Shown: piece by piece, positions 53,011 through 62,330 of the stretch | Position numbering within the stretch: position 1 is the first letter of the stretch | Layout of the letters: every line of letters begins with the position of its first letter | Source of the DNA: Malacoraja senta | Lineage: Eukaryota | Assembly (NCBI GenBank): GCA_038087875.1 | Contig: JAXLNO010003747.1 | Coordinates: forward strand, 186,001-250,000 | Direction of reading: 5' to 3' | Length of the DNA stretch: 64,000 nt | The notes under the pieces: model-generated | The model's input: only the letters and a program-made list of their open reading frames with translations | Databases searched by the model: none | Told to the model about the DNA's origin: nothing | Position numbers and translations under genes: made by a program

Positions 53011-53356
53011 AGGATGCGTGCGGATGTTTTACCCGGGCTCTTCATGGGTTCAGGGACCAGAATATTAGATCATATTGACAATGGAACCAAGTGCAAAACT
53101 TGAGAGCTTCAGCAGAAATCATGTAACGCGACGGGTGACCAGTTTCTAACAGAACACTGTACTTAACGCAGTGAAGAGACAATTACATACGAAACGTAAC
53201 TAACTTCATACCAAAGATACTCCTCCAGTCCTTTGCCACAGTTTTACTCGCACTGTCATTTTGTAAAGTTAACGTGTGAAGCCACGGGCGGAAACTCTCG
53301 AGCTCTTAATTGTTTTTTTAGTTGTAGATGTACACGGGAGTGCGGGGGCCTCCAAC

Positions 53357-53458
53357 ATGGACAAACAAGCTACAAAAATAAACACTAATGTCGGACGATT
53401 CCTGATTGTGGCGTTGCTGGCACTGGCATTGATGTTTCTAAACTTGCGGCATATAAAG
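53357..53458 (+). CDS. NXPE3: NXPE3-like first coding exon (signal anchor) MDKQATKINTNVGRFLIVALLALALMFLNLRHIK; exon acceptor at 53327/53328
   Basis: Good Kozak context ccaacATGG, a ~16-residue hydrophobic stretch, and donor AAG|GTGAGT (phase 0) that matches the phase-0 acceptor at 60500. An N-terminal hydrophobic anchor is typical of NXPE proteins. Confidence 0.78.
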
Positions 53459-53564
53459 GTGAGTAGAAAGATAAAACTAAAGGGCCCGTCCCACCAGCAT
53501 GCGTCTGCACGCGTCTAGCGTGACCTAACGTGGTGACTTGAGGCGTACGGCCGCGCGGGGCCGG

Positions 53565-54365
53565 TCCCACTTCCAACCGCGGGGCCGTGTGGAGTTGTGC
53601 GGGGCCGGTCCCACTACCAACCGCGGGGCCGTGTGGAGTTGTGCGGGGCCGGTCCCACTTCCAACCGCGGGGCCGTGTGGAGTTGTGCGGGGCCGGTCCC
53701 ACTTCCAACCGCGGGGCCGTGTGGAGTTGTGCGGGGCCGGTCCCACTTCCAACCGCGGGGCCGTGTGGAGTTGTGCGGGGCCGTCCCACTTCCAACCGCG
53801 GGGTTGTGCGGGGCCGTGTGGAGTTGTGCGGGGCCGTGTGGAGTTGTGCGGGGCCGTGTGGAGTTGTGCGGGGCCGCGTGGAGTTGTGCGGGGCTGGTCC
53901 CACTTCCAACCGCGGGGCCGTGTGGAGTTGTGCGGGGCCGCGTGGAGTTGTGCGGGGCCGCGTGGAGTTGTGCGGGGCCGCGTGGAGTTGTGCGGGGCCG
54001 CGTAGAGTTGTGCGGGGCCGCGTGGAGTTGTGCAGTGCGGGGCTGCGTGGAGTTGTGCAGTGCGGGGCCGCGTGGAGTTGTGCGGGGCCGTGTGGAGTTG
54101 TGCGGGGCCGCGTGGAGTTGTGCGGGGCTGGTCCCACTTCCAACCGCGGGGCCGTGTGGAGTTGTGCGGGGCCGCGTGGAGTTGTGCGGGGCCGCGTGGA
54201 GTTGTGCGGGGCCGCGTGGAGTTGTGCGGGGCCGCGTAGAGTTGTGCGGGGCCGCGTGGAGTTGTGCAGTGCGGGGCCGCGTGGAGTTGTGCAGTGCGGG
54301 GCCGCGTGGAGTTGTGCGGGGCCGCGTGGAGTTGTGCGGGGCCGCATGGAGTTGTGCGGGGCCGG
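53565..54365. repeat. GC-rich minisatellite of 20-bp (ggggccgcgtggagttgtgc) and 24-bp (ggggccggtcccacttccaaccgc) units
   Basis: Visible tandem periodicity; it explains the repetitive ORFs. Confidence 0.95.
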
Positions 54366-54485
54366 TCTGGTCCCGACATCAAACTCACCAATCAGCTGGG
54401 CAGGAGGCGGGCCGACTGAATCTGGACGTAGCACGGCGTCGGGCTGTGATGTCAAGACGCTGCGTTCGGCGTCAAGACGCTGCGT

Positions 54486-56035
54486 ACATAGAAACATAGA
54501 CAATAGGTGCAGGAGTAGGCCATTCGGCCCTTCGAGCCTGCACCGCCATTCAATATGATCATGGCTGATCATCCAACTCAGTATCCTGTACCTGCCTTCT
54601 CTCCATACCCCCTGATCCCTTTAGCCACAAGGGCCACATCTAACTCCCTCTTGAATATAGCCAATGAACTGGCCTCAACTACATTCTGTGGCAGAGAGTT
54701 CCACAGATTCACCACTCTCTGTGTAAAAAATGATTTCCTAAAAGATTTCCCCCTTATCCTTAACTGTGACCCCTTATTCTGGACTTCCCCAACATCGGGG
54801 ACAATCTTCCTACATCTAGCCTGTCCAACCCCTTAAGAATTTTGTACGTTTCTATAAGATCCCCCCTCAATCTTCTAAATTCTAGCGAGTACAAGCCGAG
54901 TCTATCCAGTCTTTCTTCATATGAAAGTCCTGACATCCCAGGAATCAGTCTGGTGAACCTTCTCTCTACTCCCTCTATGGCAAGAATGTCTTTCCTCAGA
55001 TTAGGAGACCAAAACTGTACACAATACTCCAGGTGTGCTCTCATCAAGGCCCTGTACAACTGCAGTAGAACCTCCCTGCTCCTATACTCAAATCCTTTTG
55101 CTATGATGCTAACATACCATTTGCTTTCTTCACTGCCTGCTGCACCTGCATGCCTACTTTCAATGACTGGTGTACCATGACACACAGGTGTCGTTGCATC
55201 TCCCCTTTTCCTAATTGGCCACCATTTAGATAATAGTCTTCTTTCCTGTTTTTGCCACCAAAGTGGATAACCTCACATTTATCCACATTATACTGCATCT
55301 GCCATGCATTTGCCCACTCACCCAGCCCATCCAAGTCACCTTGCAGCCTCCTAGCATCCTCCTCACAGCTAACACTGCCCCCCAGCTTTGTGTCATCCGC
55401 AAACTTGGAGATGTTGCATTCAATTCCCTCATCCAAATCAATAATATATATTGTAAATAGCTGGGGTCCCAGCACTGAGCCTTGCGGTACCCCACTAGTA
55501 GAGCCTGCCATTCTGAAAAGGACCCGTTTACTCCTACTCTTTGCTTCCTGTCTGCCAGCCAGTTCTCTATCCACATAAATACTGAACCCCCAATACCGTG
55601 TGCTTTAAGTTTGTATACTAATCTCTTATGTGGGACCTTGTCGAAAGCCTTCTGAAAGTCCAGATATAACACATCCACTGGTTCTCCCTTATCCACTCTA
55701 CCAGTTACATCCTCGAAAAATTCCATAAGATTCACCACTTTCCAAATGTGCTGCTATCCCATCTTTAATAACTGACTCTAGCAGTTTCCCCACTACCGAT
55801 GTTAGACTAACTGGTCTGTAATTCCCCGCTTTCTCTCTCCCTCCCTTTTTAAAAAGGGGGGTTACATTAGCTACCCTCCAATTCTCAGGAACTACTGCAG
55901 AATCTAAAGAGTTTAGAAAAATTATCACTAATGCATCCACTATTTCTGGGGCTACTTCCTTAAGCACTCTGGGATGCAGCCTATCTGGCCCTGGGGATTT
56001 ATCGGCCTTTAATCCATTCAATTTACCTAACACCA
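54486..56035 (-). mobile_element. CR1 LINE 3' half nested in a MITE
   Basis: Same RT motifs (SGVPQGSVLGP, SKFADDTKL). Flanked by cggcgtcaagacgctg at 54467-54482 and 56036-56051. Confidence 0.93.
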
Positions 56036-56054
56036 CGGCGTCAAGACGCTGACG

Positions 56055-56265
56055 TGTGGCGTCGAGGCGGTGCTTGTGGCGTCGAGGCGGTGCTTGTGGC
56101 GTCGAGGCGGTGCTTGTGGCGTCGAGGCGGTGCTTGTGGCGTCATGGTGGTGCGTGCGGCGTTGAGGCGGTGCGTGTGGCGTCGAGGCGGTGCTTGTGGG
56201 GTCGAGGCGGTGCTTGTGGCGTCGTGGTGGTGCGTGCGGCGTTGAGGCGGTGCGTGCGGCCTCAA
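56055..56265. repeat. 20-bp minisatellite (gtggcgtcgaggcggtgctt)n
   Basis: About 10 imperfect tandem copies. Confidence 0.92.
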
Positions 56266-56489
56266 TGCAGCAGCGGGCCGGCAGGCCGTTGACGCGCGGA
56301 ATTTTTGAACACTGTCAGTTTTACGGAGCCCCGTGCGATGTCGGGACCAGCTCCGCACAACTCCATACGGCTCCGGCGATCGAAGTAGGAACGGCCCCGC
56401 GAGGCCGCACGGCTAGCGTGACCACGTTAGGTCGCACTAGCCGCATGCAGTCGCATGCTCGTGGGACAGGCCAACGCCCATGCCACCAC

Positions 56490-56760
56490 GCATTAAATTG
56501 ATAACTGTGAAAAATAGAAAGATTAAATGAGAACTTAGCGTTTGAAGTTTGATCTTGAAGTGCCAGATGGGCATCAGCCAGGGGTGGGATGTAGACCGCG
56601 GTCAGGATGATGGAGGTGAATTCCCTCAGTTGGTAGAAGGAATGGCACTTCACAGCCAGGTGTTCGAGGTGTGGAGAGCAGGAGTTGGACAGGACTGCCA
56701 CGTCTGAGCACCACACAGAGTTGTAGTACGATAGTAGGGAGAGGGGATCGAAGTCCCCTG
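56490..56760 (-). mobile_element. L2/Rex-like apurinic endonuclease fragment
   Basis: CSPHLEHLAVKC..FYQLREFTSIILTAVYIPP. Confidence 0.7.
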
Positions 56761-56814
56761 TGCTTCAGTCTGACCTGAAATCCTGCCCGTCGGCCACGTT
56801 TCCGGACACAATTT

Positions 56815-57050
56815 AGCAATGTTACAAAATGTTGAGATTTTAAAAATAAAGTCTGCAATTTATCCCATCAGATAACACATAAAAATAAATTTAATTTGAC
56901 ACCTAATTCACCTTCATATCTTCAGTATTAAAAAGGTTATGGCCATTTTCATACTGGGAAATTACCATCTTGTTCCCTATTGCTTTTGCATTGACAACAC
57001 AAAAGCTGTGATCGAGGACAGTCAAAAGCCCATAACTTTCTTAAAAATTA
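56815..57050. repeat. Unclassified interspersed repeat, copy 2
   Basis: Near-identical to 19040-19300. Confidence 0.7.
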
Positions 57051-57956
57051 AGAGAACTGAATGCAATTTTCAGTTATTATAGATTGAAGCATTCTGAAAC
57101 AAATGAAAACATCTTACTTGGATGACCTGAAATTAAGGCATATAATTAGTTAATTACCTAATTGTAGTCAATTACAAAATTGACCGTTGTGACGGAAATT
57201 GTAATAAACACCCAGACTGCCTTGAAAATTCAAAAATGTGATATTCTCAAGATCAGAACTTTAATATTATTGTATTATATGCTGTAATTCCATAACAGAT
57301 AGGTAAATATATTACAATTTCTAGCCATAGACCAAGTCTTTATGAAGAAGATCAGTTGCTAGCTGGTACGTTGGCATATCATAATCAGTAGCATCATCAT
57401 ACTCCTCAGACTGTAACTCTGTACACCTTGTTTTTCCTCAACTTTTCAATTTTGGCATTGTAAACTACAAGTTTTTGCTCTTCAAACCACGCATGACATG
57501 CCTTTCTGCCCACTACTCTCCCATTAAGAATGTCCTGTAGATTCCATTTCTTAAGAAAAGGATATATTTTTTAAATAGCCTAAGTATCCAAATAACAAAC
57601 TAATCCCAGTCACACAAGAATTCACAATATAACATGATTTTTAAATCTCAGTCATGAATTCATATGCCAGATGGAAGGAATTTGAAGTTTAATTCCCATA
57701 AATTAATCTACAAACATCCACTCAATATAATCAAAAAAAATATTTTTTGCACAATACATGGGACAAACTGATATTTAGTATAAAAATATTGACTATGGGT
57801 AGACAACACAAAATATAGACGATTTAGATTGTCCATTACGGCACTGATTTCTGCCATTTCTCTGATCCAGGTGAGTTGAGTGAAGCTATAAATAATTCTC
57901 TTCTGTTGAGCTGATGGCAAAATGTCGCCACAGGCAGGCGCCATCTTTTACGGGTA

Positions 57957-58920
57957 CCTTTCTGAATGGCAGGCAGTGACTAGTGGGGTACCGCAAGGCT
58001 CGGTGCTGGGACCGCAGCTATTTAAAATATATATTAATGATTTGGATGAAGGGATTAAAAGTAACATTAGCAAATTTGCAGATGACAAAAAGCTGGGTGT
58101 GAACTGTGAGGAGGATGCTATGAGGATGCAGGGTGATTTGGACAGGTTGGGTGAGTGGGCAAATGCAGTTTAATGTGGATAAATGTGAGGTTATCCACTT
58201 TGGTGGCAAAAACAGGGAGGCAGATTATTATCTAAATGGTGCCAAGTTGGGAAAAGGGAAGTACAACGACATCTGGGGGTCCTTGTTCATCACTCACTGG
58301 AAGTAAGCATGCAGGTACAGCAGGAAGAGAAGAAAACGAATGGCACGTTGGTCTTCATAACAAGAGGAGTTGAGTATAGGAGCAAAGAGGTCCTCCTGCA
58401 GTTGTACAGGGCCCTAGTGCGATCAGACCTGTAGTATTGTGTGCAGTTTTGGTCTCCAAACTTGAGGAAGGACATTCTTGCTATTGAGGGAGTGCAGTGT
58501 AGGTTCACAAGGTTAATTCCCGAGATGGCAGGACTGTCATATGTTGATAGATTGGAGCGGCTGGGCTTGTATACTCTGGAATTTAGAAGGATGAGAGGGC
58601 ATCTTATTGAAACATATAAGATAATATGGGTTTGGACACATTGGAGGCAGGAAACATGTTCCAAATGTTTGGGGAGTCCAGAACCAGGGGCCATAGTTTA
58701 AGAATAAGTGGTAAGCCATTTAGAACGGAGATGAGAAAAATCTTTTTCACACAGTGAGTTGTTAATGTGTGGAATTCTCTGCCTCAGAGGCGGTGGAGGC
58801 TGGTTCTCCGGATGCTTTCAAGAAAGAGTTAGATAGAGCTCTTAGGGATAGCGAAATTAAGGGATATGGAGAGAAGGCAGGAACGGGGTACTGATTGCAG
58901 ATGATTAGCCATGGTCACAT
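57957..58920 (+). mobile_element. CR1 LINE 3' fragment
   Basis: SGVPQGSVLGP, KFADD and [10 protein letters not shown], with frameshifts. Confidence 0.9.
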
Positions 58921-59224
58921 TAATAATAATAATAATAATAATTCATTTTATTTACTGGTGCCTTTCTAAAACCCAAGGACACCTTACAAGGCATAGAATC
59001 ACAAAAATACAAAACACATAATCGGAGTAAATTAAATATAAAAACACGACAGTACACAAATCAAGGACAGAATTCAAGTACAAAAGCACAAAAAGAAAAT
59101 AAGAAACACAATTTGAGGAGAGAGCAGCGGCAGCCAATTCGCGCTAGCGTCCACTCTCCCCTCCGACCGCCATCTTGCACACAGACTAACAGGCACAGCA
59201 CACAAAAGTCATCCCCCCACAAGT

Positions 59225-60025
59225 AGATTTTCAAAGTCTACAGAGAGATTTAGGCCATTTGGAAGAGTGGGCTGAAAGATGGCAGATGGAGTTTAATGCT
59301 GACAAATGTGAGGTGCTACATCTCGGCAGGACAAATCAAAATAGGATGTACACGGTAAATGGTAGCGAATTGAGGAATGCAGTTGAACAGAGGGATCTAG
59401 GAATAACTGTGCATAGTTCCCTGAAGGTGGAATCTCATGTAGATAGGGTGGTAAAGAAAGCTTTTGGTGTGCTGGCCTTTATAAATCAGAGCATTGAATA
59501 TAGAAGTTGGGATGTAATGTTAAAATTGTACAAGGCATTGGTGAGGCCAATTCTGGAGTATGGAGTACAATTTTGGTCGCCTAATTATAGGAAGGATGTC
59601 AACAAAATAGAGAGAGTACAGAGGAGATTTACTAGAATGTTGCCTGGGTTTCAGCAACTAAGTTACAGAGAAAGGTTGAACAAGTTAGGTCTTTATTCTT
59701 TGGAGCGCAGAAGGTTAACAGGGGACTTGATCGAGGTCTTTAAAATTATGAGCGGGTTAGACAGAGTGGACGTGGATAAGCTTTTCCCATTGAGAGTAGG
59801 GAAGATTCAAACAAGGGGACATGACTTGAGAATTAAGGGACAGAAGTTTAGGGGGAACATTAGGGGGAACTTCTTTACTCAGAGAGTGGTAGCTGTGTGG
59901 AATGAGCTTCCAGTGGAAGTGGTAGAGGCAGGTTCGATGTTATCCTTTAAAAATAGATTGGATGGGTATATGGACGGGAAAGGAATGGAGGGTTATGGTC
60001 TGAGTGCAGGTAGATGGGACTAGGG
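59225..60025 (+). mobile_element. CR1 LINE 3' fragment (different subfamily)
   Basis: 254-aa ORF WQMEFNADKCEVLH...VRPILEYGVQFWSP. Confidence 0.9.
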
Positions 60026-60499
60026 GGAAGTATTTATTTTTAATTAAAAAAAAAAATTTAAAAAAATGTTCGGCACGGACGTGAAGGGCCGAGATGGCCT
60101 GTTTCCATGCTGTTATGGTTATATTATATGGTTATATGACCAGCACTGTGGGGGAAGGCACAATGTCCAGTCCCCAACCCCATTGAATGGCGGTGCTGGC
60201 TGGAAGGGCCGAATGGCCTACTCCTGCGCCTATTGTCTATCTTTTTTTGTTTGTTTATGATTTAATCTATTGAGTACTGTGTTGCAAACCTGTTGTGCTG
60301 CTGCTGCATGTAAGAATGTCATTGTTCCGTTCTAATACATATGACAAGAAAACATTCTTGAATCTTGAATAATAATATTATAATCATGTTGTAAAAATTC
60401 TGTGATTGAAACTAAAATTTGTAATTTTTAGTCTTGATGATTATAAATGGTGTAAAACTATTTGAAAAAAAAATTCATTGAATTTGCTGTTTTCCATAG

Positions 60500-61287
60500 T
60501 TCCCGCAATTTTCAATTTCCGGAGCAAAGTCAGTGTGGATCAGATACCCAGCTCGGAAGAATCATTCCACACTACAGCAGGAAGTAAAAATGCCAAAGAC
60601 TGATTGGATCCACAAGCTGGTGAAGTATGGCTATCAGAATCATAGCTTCACCCTTGAAGAAAGAACAGAGGGTACAGTACTGATGAAAATGATTGAATGG
60701 CCAATGCCTCCCGATCCCAGTGTGCCCTTTAGGAAAAGCACCGACCCATTGCATACTTGCTTTATCATTTTAAATTCTGAGAAGACTTTCCACGTTGGAG
60801 ATCAATTGCAAGTGATGCTGCGAATGTTTGACTTTGATGGAAATCCAAAACAATATGGAGGTGGCTATCTGCAAGCGCGGATTCACACCCCAGAGTTAAA
60901 GGCTGGTTCAGCAGGAACAGTTATAGATAACCAAAATGGATATTATTACATTAATTTTACTTTATCCTGGCCAGGAAAAGTCCAAGTGTCAGTTTCCCTA
61001 ATTCATCCCAGTGAAGGGATCAAAGTACTAAAACGGCTGCGTGAAGAACGACCAGATCGAATTTATATGAAAAGCACTTTCAAGGCTGGAGCTATTTCAA
61101 AGACTACTGTTTGCAATGTGTTTTTAACTCCAACTAAACCACTATGTAACTTTACTGATCTCAGGACAGGTGAGCCTTGGTTTTGTTACAAACCAGAAAA
61201 TCTTCCGTGTTCTACTCGAATCAATCATGCTGGACGTGGATATATAAGAGATGTTTTAATCGGAGAAGAGAGGCTATTTATCCAAAG
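60500..61287 (+). CDS. NXPE3: NXPE family (neurexophilin/PC-esterase) large exon, NXPE3-like
   Basis: Acceptor tttccatag| and donor AG|GTATTC (phase 2). The translation contains FHVGDQLQV...KQYGGGYLQARIH...GYYYINFTLSWPGKVQVSVSLIHPSEG...PDR...CNV...CNFTDLRTGEPWFCYKP..LPCS, which I recognise as collinear with vertebrate NXPE3. Orthology versus paralogy is not resolved. Confidence 0.93.
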
Positions 61288-61544
61288 GTATTCCACCTAC
61301 ATTTTATGTTTTATATTTTGATATTTCCATTTAGTGTTTTCTGTTTTTATTTCACATATCTAGCAGCTGCAGCTTTTTGCTTTTAAGTTCCTATTCATTT
61401 TGGTTCTTTATTTATGGAGTTCTTATTGATTTATAGTATTTATTAACTGATTAATAAAAATTTAGGTAGTCCAGTTTCCTCTCGTATCCCAAGTACACGC
61501 TGGTTGGTAGGTCAGTTGCTTATTATTAAGGCTGCCTTAAAACA

Positions 61545-62330
61545 CATAAAGGTAGATAAATCCCTGGAGCCTGACCGAGTGTATCCTAGAACATTGTGGG
61601 ATGGGAGGAAATAAATTGCAGGGGTTCGGGCAGAGATATTTAATTCATCGTTAACCATAGCTAAGGTATCGGAAGACAGAAGGGTGGCTAAAGTTGTGCC
61701 TTTATTTCAGGAGAGGATAGGCTAGGGAACTATAGCCTGGAGAGCCCAACATCAGTGGTGGGAAAGTTACTGAAGGGAATTCTGAGAGATTGGATCCACC
61801 AGCATTCGGAAAGGCAAGGACTGATTTATGGATAGCCAGCATGGCTTTATGCATGGGAAATTGCATCTCCTAAATTTGATTAAGTTTTTTCAAGAGGTGG
61901 CAGAGGATTGACAAGGGCAGGTTAGTAGACATTGACTGCAGGGTATTTAGTGAGGTCTTTGATAAGCTCCCACATGGCAGGCTGGTCTTGAAGGTTAGAT
62001 CACATAGGATCCAGGATGAGCTAGCAAAATTGAATACCAAATTGGCTTGGTGGTAGAAGTCAGAGAGTGATAGTGGAGAGTTGTTGATCAAATTGGCGGC
62101 CTGTGACCCAGGGTATGCCACAGGGATATCTTGTTTCTCAACTATATGATTTGGCTGAACGTGTAGGTGGCATGGTTACTAAGATTATGGATAAGACCAA
62201 CATTTTTGGTATAGTGAAGTGAAGAAGGTTATCTAAGATTACAACAGGATCAGTATTAGCTTGGGCTGGGGACTGACAGATGGAATTTAAGTCGGACAAG
62301 TGCTAAGTATCTCACCCTGGAAAAAAGATT
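61545..62330 (+). mobile_element. Old, degraded CR1 fragment in an NXPE intron
   Basis: gataaatcccctggagcctga and aactatagcctggagagccc resemble the KSPGPD and NYRPVSL regions. Confidence 0.7.

Larger units (their letters stand above)
53481..56472. mobile_element. Harbinger/PIF-like MITE with long imperfect TIRs, expanded by minisatellites and a CR1
   Basis: Left end taa|agggcccgtcccaccagcatgcg and right end cgcatgctcgtgggacaggcc. About 130 bp of subterminal inverted similarity. Confidence 0.75.

Noticed and set aside
53565-54365. Regularly spaced repeats as a CRISPR array
   Set aside because: No unique spacers, no cas genes, and a eukaryotic context.
53385-54572. Several long (155-395 aa) overlapping ORFs on both strands
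   Set aside because: They are translations of the 20/24-bp GC-rich minisatellite, which lacks stop codons.
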